Shown here one piece after another: positions 9,663-18,793 of a stretch of 64,000 nucleotides of DNA. Positions within the stretch are counted from its first letter, which is position 1; each line of letters begins with the position of its first letter. Both the position numbers and the translations under genes were made by a program. The DNA lies in IMG/VR virus record IMGVR_UViG_3300029822_000005, one strand, 5' to 3'. The notes under the pieces were generated by a model. It was not told the DNA's origin. It did no database searches and saw only the letters and a list, made by a program, of their open reading frames with translations. Origin of the DNA: a virus.

Positions 9663-10181
9663 ATGGTAGATATAAACGCTATTTGGAACACATTTATAAA
9701 TGGATTGAATACTCAATACCCTTCTTATACATATCTAAAGGCTAATTTAAAAGGACCATTACCTCCATACCCCTATGTAACTATTAATTGCCTTACTCCT
9801 TACAAAAAAGATATGGATATTGTAGGAGGCACCAAGATAAGACAAACGGTGAATAACAAAGTTCAAGTAATATCAACAGAACAGCCTAAAATGATTTTTA
9901 GTTTTATGGTATATTCGGACAATCTTTCTCAATGTTTACAAGTTTTAAGAGATACCCTTGATTGGATAAAAACTACAAATCAGCAATATCTTAGAAAACG
10001 TGGTATCGTAGTTGTAGACGTAGGAAACGTAGGAGATAGGTCGGTTTTCTTAGAAGTAGATTACCAATATTGTTGGGGGAGCGACATAACCATAAGAGTA
10101 TTTGATAGTGTCACTACCGAAATTAACCCTATCAGTAGCGTTGAAATTACAGGGAATGACAATGAATTAATAGATATATAA
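9663..10181 (+). CDS. Tail terminator / neck protein
   Basis: PPYPYVTI motif; position before sheath. Confidence 0.6.
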   Translation: MVDINAIWNTFINGLNTQYPSYTYLKANLKGPLPPYPYVTINCLTPYKKDMDIVGGTKIRQTVNNKVQVISTEQPKMIFSFMVYSDNLSQCLQVLRDTLDWIKTTNQQYLRKRGIVVVDVGNVGDRSVFLEVDYQYCWGSDITIRVFDSVTTEINPISSVEITGNDNELIDI

Positions 10182-10478
10182 GGAACTTCAAATAGTTGCT
10201 AAATAGTTATACAAAATTGGACATTTAATATTTTGTATAATAATTATTTGATGTTTTCAAGCCTAAGTGAATGTAGTGGATTGAAAAATCTATAGTATGA
10301 TGAACTACGATTGTAGAAAAGTTAAAGATGTACCCTTAAATGTATTCTTCAGTTTAAGGCTCTACAAATATTGAGGATGACCGACTACTATTGTCCTGTA
10401 GTCAAACACCAAAAATATATATACTTTCTACTGTCATTGGCAAGAAGAAAATTTCCACAAAAGTGAGGTTTATCAGAA
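10182..10478 (+). ncRNA. omegaRNA (HEARO-like) scaffold of IscB
   Basis: Long 5' hairpin (10184-10197 pairs with 10242-10255; 10207-10217 with 10230-10240), then CAAGCCTAAG, ACTACG, GTAGAAAAGT/ACTTTCTAC pairing, TTCTTC/GAAGAA pseudoknot-type pairing and CATTGGC directly 5' of iscB; boundaries approximate. Confidence 0.75.
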
Positions 10479-11720
10479 ATGATAAAAAATAATAATTATA
10501 GTTTTGTTATTGATAATAAAGGTAATAAACTAAGTCCATGTAAAACAAATAAAGCATGGTATTTAATTAGAAAAAGTAGAGCAATACAAGTTAATAAATA
10601 TCCTATGATTATTCAATTAAAAAAAGAAATAAAGGATAAAAAAGATGAATCAGAATTTGTTAGTGGAATAGATGATGGATCTGCCCATGTAGGTATTAGT
10701 GTAATTCAAAAATGTAAAACTAAAAATAAAGTAATATTTAAAGGAACGATTGAACAACGTCAAGATGTTAAGCACTTAATGGATGTTCGTAGAGGTTATA
10801 GACGTTATAAGAGATACCATAAAAGATATAGAAAAGCTAGATTCAATAATCGTTCAAATAGTAAAAGAAAAAATAGGATTGCTCCAAGTATTAAACAAAA
10901 GAAAGATGCTACTTTAAGAGTTATTAATAGATTAAATAAATATATCAATATAACAGAATATCATTTGGAAGATGTTGCAATAGATATAAGAGCATTAACA
11001 GAAGGTAAAAAACTATATAGATGGCAGTATCAAAAATCTAACAGGCTAGATGAAAACATAAGAAAAGCAGTTATATTAAGAGATGATTGTAAATGTCAAG
11101 AATGTGGTAAATCTAATTATATTTTAGAAGTACATCATATCGTTCCTAAAAGATTACATGGAAGTAATAATATTGGTAATCTTATAACTTTATGTAGTAA
11201 ATGTCATCAAAAGACAGAAGGAAAAGAAGAATTATTTATTAAACATTATCAGGATATGATACAAGGAAAAAATATAAGATTTGATTATGCTCAACATGTA
11301 ATGCAAGGAAAAATATATCTTAGAAACGAATTAAGTAAATTAGATAAATTAATATTAACAACAGGTGGAGATACAGCGAATAAAAGAATTCAATGGGATA
11401 TAGAAAAGACACATAGTAATGATTCATTAGTTATAAATGATTTAAAAATTAATAGTAAAGATTGTAATATAAAAGATTGGATAATAAAACCAATGAGAAG
11501 AAAAAATAAAGGTAATATAGATGAATGTTTAGGATTTAAACATAGAGATTTGGTAAAATGCACAAAGAAAAATGGTGAAAGTTATATAGGATATATTACA
11601 GCATTATATCCTCAAAAGAAACAATGTAATATAACAACGTTAGAAGGAAAAATATTAAAAAGATATGGAATTAAATCTTGTAAATTATTATGGAGATTTA
11701 ATAAAATATATTGGTTTTAA
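10479..11720 (+). CDS. iscB: IscB RNA-guided endonuclease (PLMP-like, RRXRR, split RuvC, HNH)
   Basis: [18 protein letters not shown] (RuvC-I), Arg-rich bridge helix, HLEDV (RuvC-II), CQECG...EVHHI...N...LCSKCH (HNH), HSND (RuvC-III). Confidence 0.92.
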   Translation: MIKNNNYSFVIDNKGNKLSPCKTNKAWYLIRKSRAIQVNKYPMIIQLKKEIKDKKDESEFVSGIDDGSAHVGISVIQKCKTKNKVIFKGTIEQRQDVKHLMDVRRGYRRYKRYHKRYRKARFNNRSNSKRKNRIAPSIKQKKDATLRVINRLNKYINITEYHLEDVAIDIRALTEGKKLYRWQYQKSNRLDENIRKAVILRDDCKCQECGKSNYILEVHHIVPKRLHGSNNIGNLITLCSKCHQKTEGKEELFIKHYQDMIQGKNIRFDYAQHVMQGKIYLRNELSKLDKLILTTGGDTANKRIQWDIEKTHSNDSLVINDLKINSKDCNIKDWIIKPMRRKNKGNIDECLGFKHRDLVKCTKKNGESYIGYITALYPQKKQCNITTLEGKILKRYGIKSCKLLWRFNKIYWF

Positions 11721-11791
11721 AAACTTAGAAAATAAAAATAAATAGGAAGGAGAGGTTAAGTTTGTCTAAGTTTTCTTAACCAGGTATTTAA

Positions 11792-12820
11792 ATGGATATA
11801 ACAGTAAATATTTCTGATGCTGTTCCAGTTGTGAGCCAATCTGGTTTTGGATTACCTTTGATATTTTGCACAACAGCAGCACATGATTATGAGGAATATG
11901 ATATAAGCGAAGATATACTTTCTGTAGCAGCAGATTTTGCAAGTAATACAGAAACGTATAAAATAGCCAATACAATAGCAGGACAAAGCCCAAGACCACA
12001 GAAATTAGCTATATTTGGAGTGGATTTATCTGCAAGCGTGCAGAAAGCAACAGATTTAGTGTCCGCATTAAACACATTAATTGTTACTAATGGTGATTGG
12101 TACAGGTTACTACTAGAGGATAAAACTGAACCACTTATAGCAGCAGCCAGTGAATGGGCAGAAACTAACGGAAAATCTTTCTATACAACATTTGGAAATA
12201 TTACTTTTACTACAGATTTTTCAATTAGAGCAAAAACTAATCTGTTCTATAAGGAAAATACTGATAGAGTAGATGCGGCAGCAGTAGGATATGCAACAAC
12301 CAGAATACCTGGAACGTACATATTTAAGTTTAGAAATCTAAATGGTATTACTGCAGACGCACTTACACCGTCAGAACTTTTGACAATAAGAAGTAAAAAG
12401 ATGAACGCATATGTTAGCAAGTTTGGAAATGTAGATTTAGCTACTAATCAACTCGACGAAGGATTTGCAGCCAACGGGAAGCCAATTGACTATGAAGAAA
12501 GTAAAGATTGGGTTAAATATAGAATTACTCAAGAAATTGCTAGACTTCTGATGAATACACCCAAACTGGGGGCAGACGATGCGGGAATTGCAAGTATTGT
12601 AACTGCGGTAACAACCGCCTTAGATGATGCAACAGCAAATACTATTATACGTAGAGGCCCAAATAAAAAAGGGTTATATACTATTTCCTACCTAACAGCA
12701 GATAACTTGCCAGAAGCAGATATAGTTGCAGGAAGAATCTCAGGAATTTCTTTTAAATATGCGTATTTGTTTGGAATAAAAGAAGTTGCTGTAAGTGGTT
12801 CAGTTGTAGTCAATCTATAG
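11792..12820 (+). CDS. Contractile tail sheath protein (DUF3383-like)
   Basis: SQSGFGLPLI, ETYKIA..IAGQSPRPQK, KFRNLNGIT, DYEESKDWVK motifs. Confidence 0.85.
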   Translation: MDITVNISDAVPVVSQSGFGLPLIFCTTAAHDYEEYDISEDILSVAADFASNTETYKIANTIAGQSPRPQKLAIFGVDLSASVQKATDLVSALNTLIVTNGDWYRLLLEDKTEPLIAAASEWAETNGKSFYTTFGNITFTTDFSIRAKTNLFYKENTDRVDAAAVGYATTRIPGTYIFKFRNLNGITADALTPSELLTIRSKKMNAYVSKFGNVDLATNQLDEGFAANGKPIDYEESKDWVKYRITQEIARLLMNTPKLGADDAGIASIVTAVTTALDDATANTIIRRGPNKKGLYTISYLTADNLPEADIVAGRISGISFKYAYLFGIKEVAVSGSVVVNL

Positions 12821-12835
12821 GAAGGAGTTTTATGG

Positions 12836-13258
12836 ATGAAAGTTTTTGATTTTGATAAAGTTAATATGATTTTAACTAACGCCGAAGGAGAACAAGCCAT
12901 ATTAAGTGGGTTTGCAAATGGATCCACAATAGAGGCAGAATATAAAAATGATGCATTTACAGCACATATAGGAGCAAAGGGAATGAATGACGCTGCATAT
13001 GCAAAAAACAACGATCATTCTGGCACTGTAAAATGCACAATTATGAACACAAGTGAATCTAACAAGGTTCTTATGGATTTCTATAATTCCTCTAGTACAT
13101 TTTCTTTACAGATTGTAGATGGAAATGATTTAGGCAAGAGTGAAGTATCTGGAGAAGAATGTGTTGTAGAGAAACCGGCAACTTGGAGCCGAGGGGCTGA
13201 AATCGAAGGGCAAGAATGGACAATAGGTGTGCTTAATCTCGTAATAAATTATAGTTAA
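12836..13258 (+). CDS. Tail tube protein (DUF3277-like)
   Basis: FDFDKVNMI, HIGAKG, SGTVKCTI motifs; follows sheath. Confidence 0.8.
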   Translation: MKVFDFDKVNMILTNAEGEQAILSGFANGSTIEAEYKNDAFTAHIGAKGMNDAAYAKNNDHSGTVKCTIMNTSESNKVLMDFYNSSSTFSLQIVDGNDLGKSEVSGEECVVEKPATWSRGAEIEGQEWTIGVLNLVINYS

Positions 13259-13277
13259 AAAAAGGATGGTGTAGTGG

Positions 13278-13697
13278 ATGATTAATGAAACTATAGATAT
13301 AGAGTTAAAAGTGTTAGACGAAAATGAAAAAGAAACTACAAAAACATTGAAGGTAACGTTACAGGAAGTTTCCCCTTTTAAAACAGCGGATATATTTGCA
13401 GAAAACATAACAGGAAACGGTAAGATAAGAAAATCTGGCGGCTTTATAAAAGATTGTATGAATGTAGTAATAATGTCTCCTAAAAACCTAGTAGAAGAAA
13501 TAGAAAAAGCAGAAAATGCCTTTGAGGTAATCGGACAGTTAGCAAATGAGGTGCAAGAATTTATAAACAGCCCCAGGCTCTACAAACTTAAAAGACAAGA
13601 ATTATTACAGAAAAAGAGCAATGAAGAATCTAGTACTGTGGGAGAGGATTCTGCACAACCTGACACTAACGGAAGCGAAACAGTTAACAACGGATGA
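13278..13697 (+). CDS. Tail assembly chaperone (gpG-like)
   Basis: Position after tube gene; acidic 139 aa. Confidence 0.7.
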   Translation: MINETIDIELKVLDENEKETTKTLKVTLQEVSPFKTADIFAENITGNGKIRKSGGFIKDCMNVVIMSPKNLVEEIEKAENAFEVIGQLANEVQEFINSPRLYKLKRQELLQKKSNEESSTVGEDSAQPDTNGSETVNNG

Positions 13698-13761
13698 TTA
13701 TTATACCCTTATCGCAACAAATGAAATATTACTTGAAAAACAAAAAAATAAAAAAAAATAA
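13621..13761 (+). CDS. Overlapping +1-frame ORF, probable gpT-like part of chaperone
   Basis: MKNLVLWERILHNLTLTEAKQLTTDDYYTLIATNEILLEKQK; this frame is open from about 13567. Confidence 0.55.
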   Translation: MKNLVLWERILHNLTLTEAKQLTTDDYYTLIATNEILLEKQKNKKK

Positions 13762-13794
13762 AAGCAGGTTTAAGACTTTTTACCTGCTTTTATT
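13760..13794. terminator. Bidirectional intrinsic terminator
   Basis: AAAAGCAGGT-loop-ACCTGCTTTT between convergent genes. Confidence 0.75.
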
Positions 13795-13985
13795 GCGTTT
13801 TTTTCTAATATTTTTAGCATTTCCCATGGTTCAATCTCAAATATTTGGGATAATTTTCTTATTTTGCGAATTGTAAGACTGTCTATATGACCATGTTCTA
13901 TGCGAGATATGTAGCTTTGGCTAGCATGTATCCATTCTCCTAATTTCTTTTGAGTAAATCCACGCTTTTTTCTTAATTCTTTCAC
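13770..13985 (-). CDS. XRE-family HTH transcriptional regulator
   Basis: LRKKRGFTQKKLGEWIHASQSYISRIEHG. Confidence 0.85.
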   Translation of the reverse strand: MKELRKKRGFTQKKLGEWIHASQSYISRIEHGHIDSLTIRKIRKLSQIFEIEPWEMLKILEKNAIKAGKKS

Positions 13986-14131
13986 GTTTTCCCCCTATAG
14001 ATATTATCGGTTTTTAATTATGTCGAATAATGTTTTAAAATACAATATTAAAATTTTGGAAATTGCGAAAAAATTGTAAAAAGTATTCATGACAGTAATG
14101 TTTTTGGTGCTATACTATTTAGTGAAAGGGA

Positions 14132-14401
14132 GTGATGCCAATGGCTACAAAAGAATTAAATACAGAGGAATTATTTAATGAATTATTGGAGAAAAATATA
14201 ATAGAAAGGAGGTTGAAAAATGATAAAATATACCAAGACAATTTAGTTAAATTGGATTTTTCTTTTTATTTACTAAAGAGATATATACCGAAACATAAAA
14301 TAAATGTATTACTGATGTATGAAGAATTGTCGGAAAATATAAATTTAACAGAAAAGCATGAAATATTTAAAGAAGGAGTTAGACAAGCAGGTTTTAGATA
14401 A
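14132..14401 (+). CDS. Hypothetical protein
   Basis: AAAGGGAG SD; 89 aa. Confidence 0.55.
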   Translation: MMPMATKELNTEELFNELLEKNIIERRLKNDKIYQDNLVKLDFSFYLLKRYIPKHKINVLLMYEELSENINLTEKHEIFKEGVRQAGFR

Positions 14402-14510
14402 CCTGCTTTATTTTTATATAAAATGTTTTATATATTACACAAATTGCTTAAATTCTTGTGTAATATATGATATAATTGTATTGTATTCTATACACAGAGA
14501 GGATTTTAAC

Positions 14511-15953
14511 ATGGAGGAACGATGTGACTATAACTTAGAACTTTTAGGAAAAAGAGATAACGTAAGTATCAATAAATTAGCTGAAGTTAATTTGCCCTTA
14601 GTTAAATCTATATCTAAGAAGTTTCTGAATAGAGGATATGAATATGAAGATATATTTCAAATAGGCTGTGTAGGACTTGTTAAGGCTATAAATAAATTTG
14701 ATTTTTCCTTTGGTGTAGCTTTTTCTGCATATGCAGTTCCTATGATTACAGGAGAAATAAAAAGATTTCTAAGAGATGATGGTATTGTGAGAATACCTAG
14801 ACCTATAAAGGCAGCTTACATCAAGGTTCGTTATGCCTATAGTGAATTATACAATAAATATAGCAGAAAACCAACTACAGAAGAGTTATCTACTTATTTA
14901 AATATATCCAAGGATATTGTAGAAGAAGTAACTAAAATGAACTTGAAAGCTATACCTGATTCTCTAAACAGAATAATCCACGATCCTCAAAAGTCTGGAA
15001 CCGATATTACTGTATGTGATAAAGTTACAAGTAATTTCAATTTAGAGGATACAACTATACAAAAGATAGATTTAGAGACTGCTATAAATAAATTGCCAAT
15101 ATTACAGAAAAGAATAGTTTTATACCGTATGCAAGATTACACTCAAACTAAAATAGCTGAAATACTTAACATAAACCAGGTTGCAGTATCAAGGATAGAA
15201 AAGAAAGCTTACATAGAATTAAAAAGAATATTAACAGGAGGGAATATGAGCAAGAGAGAAGAAGCGATAAAAATGTTTAAGAAAGGGGATGGATTAAATG
15301 AAGTGACCAAAAAACTTGGCATAACTAAGAGTTCTGCTATGACATATAAGACTTACTACAACAGAGAAACAGGAAAATCCAAACATACAACCTCTAAGAA
15401 GTTAGATGCCTTTAAAATGTTTTCTCAAAAGTTTAAGTGCAAAGTTATTGCAGAAAAATTAAATCTTACAGCAGCAACAGTACAAGGATATCAAACGGAG
15501 TTTTTCAAACTAAAAGATATTGTATTTAAAGCTTTAGATAATAATAAAACAGAAGAAATGATATCTAAGGAATTTAAAATAGATATAAGTATCATAAAAA
15601 ATCTAAGGCATGAATGGGCTACTACACCACTCAAAGAAGAAAATATAGTAACTACAGGAATAAAGGAAGCAGATGAAGTTGAGAAGAAAACAAAACAAAC
15701 TTCTATAGCCAACCCAAAACCTACTAAAGAAGCTGAACAAACTATAAAACAAGAAATAAAAGAATTTAAGGAGGATGGAGAATTGAAAACAGATATATTA
15801 AAAATAACTACATTAAAAGGAAAGGTAATGAAATATGACTTGGAGGATGGCAATATAAAAATCACTAATGCAGGAGAAGAGGTTATAAAAGTGCCTAGCG
15901 ATCAATTAGATGGTCTTATAGAAGAATTACAGGCTTTGAAAGAGGTGATTTAA
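14511..15953 (+). CDS. SigF/SigG/SigB-like sigma factor fused to a multi-HTH C-terminal extension
   Basis: NLPLVKSISKKF, YEDIFQIGCVGLVKAINKFD, FSAYAVPMITGEIKRFLRD, TQTKIAEILNINQVAVSRIEKK; start at ATG 14511 (GAGAGG SD); in-frame internal ATG 15246 with GGAGGG SD. Confidence 0.85.
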   Translation: MEERCDYNLELLGKRDNVSINKLAEVNLPLVKSISKKFLNRGYEYEDIFQIGCVGLVKAINKFDFSFGVAFSAYAVPMITGEIKRFLRDDGIVRIPRPIKAAYIKVRYAYSELYNKYSRKPTTEELSTYLNISKDIVEEVTKMNLKAIPDSLNRIIHDPQKSGTDITVCDKVTSNFNLEDTTIQKIDLETAINKLPILQKRIVLYRMQDYTQTKIAEILNINQVAVSRIEKKAYIELKRILTGGNMSKREEAIKMFKKGDGLNEVTKKLGITKSSAMTYKTYYNRETGKSKHTTSKKLDAFKMFSQKFKCKVIAEKLNLTAATVQGYQTEFFKLKDIVFKALDNNKTEEMISKEFKIDISIIKNLRHEWATTPLKEENIVTTGIKEADEVEKKTKQTSIANPKPTKEAEQTIKQEIKEFKEDGELKTDILKITTLKGKVMKYDLEDGNIKITNAGEEVIKVPSDQLDGLIEELQALKEVI

Positions 15954-15955
15954 GT

Positions 15956-16774
15956 ATGGATAAATTACAACCCATGGAATTTGATGATCAAAGAATACTT
16001 ACCTCAAAACAATTAGCAGAAATATATGAAACAACAGAAGGAAACATATCAAATAATTTTAATAATAACAAAAATCATTTTAAAGAAGGCAAACATTATT
16101 ATTTTCTTAAAGGCGAACAATTAAAGCAATTTTTGCAATCCTATGAAATAGGAGTACAAAATCCATCGAAAGTAAGAAGCCTTTATGTCTGGACAGAGCG
16201 TGGAGCAGATAGACATTGCAAAATACTTGATACTGACAAAGCCTGGGAGCAATTTGACAATTTGGAGGAAACTTATTTTAGGAATAAAGAATATGGTTGG
16301 CAGCCACCTAAATTAGAACGTGGTTCAGAAAGCTTAGATACTGTAAATAGAACGATGGAGTTAGTTATAGATCAGCTCAATAAAGTAAGTGTATCAGAAG
16401 AATCAAAGGTTTTAGTAATGAAAACTTTACTCAAAAAAGCTGGAGTAGATTTACCTATAGATGTACAATCAAAAGAAAAATTTTATGATAGCTTACAAAT
16501 AGCAAAAGAATTAGGAGTTTATAGTGGTAGTGGTAAACCTCATGGGCAAGCTATAAAGGCTATAATAAACAGGTTAGAATTGGATGAAACTGAACAAAAG
16601 CAAGTATGGGAAACCAATGGTTCATGGCAAGGAACGGTTATAAAATATACTAATACAGTAGTGCCAAAAGTTAAAGATTGGCTTATAGAAAATAATTATC
16701 CTGAAAAGATAACGGTAAAAATAGCTAACAATAAAACAAAAAATTTTACTGTAGTTTATAAAAACGCGGCATAG
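15956..16774 (+). CDS. ORF6N-domain antirepressor-like DNA-binding protein
   Basis: QRILTSKQLAEIYETTEGNISNNFNNNKNHFKEGKHYYFL...LYVWTERGADRHCKILDTDKAWEQFDNLEETYF. Confidence 0.85.
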   Translation: MDKLQPMEFDDQRILTSKQLAEIYETTEGNISNNFNNNKNHFKEGKHYYFLKGEQLKQFLQSYEIGVQNPSKVRSLYVWTERGADRHCKILDTDKAWEQFDNLEETYFRNKEYGWQPPKLERGSESLDTVNRTMELVIDQLNKVSVSEESKVLVMKTLLKKAGVDLPIDVQSKEKFYDSLQIAKELGVYSGSGKPHGQAIKAIINRLELDETEQKQVWETNGSWQGTVIKYTNTVVPKVKDWLIENNYPEKITVKIANNKTKNFTVVYKNAA

Positions 16775-16857
16775 TTAAAATAGAAATCATAAGTTTTCCC
16801 TTTAATTTCGGGAAACCCCTATTTTAAAGGGGAAACATTAAAAAGGGGATGGAATGA

Positions 16858-17091
16858 ATGAATTATTTGGATAGAAAATATGACAAATTTTTAAATGAAA
16901 AATCACACGAGGTATTAAAGAAAAATGAAAATTATATAAATGCTGAACAAAAGGCTGACGAATTAAATAAAGAATTGAATAAAGCGCTAAAAAACATTTC
17001 AGAAATTATAAGGAAGTATGATGATGCACTTACTGAAATAGGTTGTGTTATGTCAGAAGAGTATTATAAACAGGGGTTTAAACGTAAGTAA
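16858..17091 (+). CDS. Hypothetical coiled-coil protein
   Basis: ORF with SD, followed by hairpin AAGTTCGCTC...GAGCGAACTT (17101-17133). Confidence 0.55.
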   Translation: MNYLDRKYDKFLNEKSHEVLKKNENYINAEQKADELNKELNKALKNISEIIRKYDDALTEIGCVMSEEYYKQGFKRK

Positions 17092-17268
17092 AATAATAAT
17101 AAGTTCGCTCGGCTTTTAGTTCAGAGCGAACTTACCTCCTAAAAATTTATGAAAGATGTGATGCGATGATTACAGTTAGAAAATAGATAAATAAGAGTAT
17201 AAGTTAAGTTTTGGAACATAAAAAACAAACCCTTGTTGAAATATCAAGGGTTTGTTCTATCTATATCT

Positions 17269-18687
17269 TTAATTATTTAATGTAAGCGTAGCATTGTGTA
17301 ATTTCATGTATTGCCCATCCTGTATGGTTATATATTTATCTCCAGTGAAATTATCATTAGATATTATCCCGTCTAGTGTATGCCTACTACCAGAAGTTAT
17401 TTCAATGTACCCATTACTAGGAGAATTTATTTTATATTCGCCTGCCTGAATATCCGTTCCAACTTTATACATTCCGTCTGATAAAGTACCACTTGAAGTA
17501 TCAATCTTAGGAGCTTTATCTAAAGGATATATTTTAGCGTTTTTTACAGTTAAATATTCAGTATCATTTACAGTAACATAGGTTCTATTAGCTATATTTT
17601 CATTGCTTATTATGCTATCAAAAGTTCCTGTACTATCTTTAGTTATTTGCATATATCCTTGTTCAGAGTTATTTGTGATTATTACATATTCACCCGCCGA
17701 TAAATCAGTTCCTACTTTGTACATACCTTCTTTTATAGAGCCATCATCCACAACTGCGTTTGAAGGAGATATATCATCAGTGTTATTGACACTGGTAGTA
17801 TTATCTGTGGTTTTTTCAATGTCGGTAGGTGTTTGAGATACAGTTGATTTTGTATTCGTATTTGTGTTTTTTTTGTTGCTTGTATTCGTTGTTATAACTG
17901 CCATCATTATAACGATAAATGCTATTGTAAGTGCTACTATTATTCCTTTCCTTTCTTTTTTTGCGTTAAAAGGTTTAATATTATCAGAGTAAACTAATGC
18001 CATTAATTGACTATATTTTTTTTCAGATAATAAGCCACTACTAAATATCATTTCTATTTTATTCTCTTTATATTTTAATGTTATAGTAATTGTTTTCCCC
18101 ATACTTTTATCTAAATAATGATGTTTTATCTCAATAATATCATTTATATTGATCCTGAATTTTTCCATCAAAGTATTTCTACTTAAAAATATGATTTCAT
18201 TATCATTTCTTGTAATTAAAGCTGAAAAACTTTTATGATAGCCCGGATAACCTCCTTCGTAAAACAGAGCAACCTTATTTATATTGTTATTGTTCATATT
18301 TTTATTTTTCTCTCCTTTAATTTCATTATATATAACTGTGTTATCTTCGCTATTTCTATTAAATTGAACATTATCATCAGAAGAATATTTCTCCATTAAA
18401 ATAAGAATTTTTTGATATATCTTATTCCAATGTACTACAATATACGGAATTATAACAAAGAATACAGTTAATCTAATAAATTCAGCAGTAAAGCTTAATC
18501 CTGAATTTTCACTTCCAATAGTCCCAGATATGATTAAAAAATAAAACAAATAAAGAACAGACGTTATTATCCTAGGTATTACACGATATCTTTTGTTTTT
18601 CCACATCAAAATTATTCCAATTGGCGATAATGTTCCAAACATGATCCACATGAACAAATCTTTATCATAGAATCGTTCTTTTTCCAA
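17269..18687 (-). CDS. Membrane-anchored surface protein (moron), antisense to the tail operon
   Basis: N-terminal TM segments, central TM, Thr/Asn linker, two C-terminal repeats GMYKVGTD..AGEY; own SD and terminator (about 17228-17254). Confidence 0.75.
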   Translation of the reverse strand: MEKERFYDKDLFMWIMFGTLSPIGIILMWKNKRYRVIPRIITSVLYLFYFLIISGTIGSENSGLSFTAEFIRLTVFFVIIPYIVVHWNKIYQKILILMEKYSSDDNVQFNRNSEDNTVIYNEIKGEKNKNMNNNNINKVALFYEGGYPGYHKSFSALITRNDNEIIFLSRNTLMEKFRININDIIEIKHHYLDKSMGKTITITLKYKENKIEMIFSSGLLSEKKYSQLMALVYSDNIKPFNAKKERKGIIVALTIAFIVIMMAVITTNTSNKKNTNTNTKSTVSQTPTDIEKTTDNTTSVNNTDDISPSNAVVDDGSIKEGMYKVGTDLSAGEYVIITNNSEQGYMQITKDSTGTFDSIISNENIANRTYVTVNDTEYLTVKNAKIYPLDKAPKIDTSSGTLSDGMYKVGTDIQAGEYKINSPSNGYIEITSGSRHTLDGIISNDNFTGDKYITIQDGQYMKLHNATLTLNN

Positions 18688-18793
18688 TATAATCCCCCCT
18701 TATTTATTTCATTATAGCATGTTTTGCCTGAAATTCTACAATTCGGCAGAAAAATTATATCTGTAATAAAATGGGAATAAGGAGGTGTATTAA

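Larger units (their letters stand above)
10182..11760 (+). mobile_element. Non-autonomous IS200/IS605-superfamily IscB (OMEGA) element inserted between tail terminator and sheath genes
   Basis: omegaRNA plus iscB, no tnpA nearby; right end not precisely determined. Confidence 0.65.

Noticed and set aside
10479-11720. IscB as a nuclease-dead regulator or as part of an IStron
   Set aside because: Catalytic residues appear intact, no group I intron core is recognisable, and the insertion is intergenic.
14358-14510. N-terminal extension of the sigma ORF given by the track
   Set aside because: Low-complexity, overlaps the upstream gene, no SD; ATG 14511 has a SD and matches the sigma domain start.
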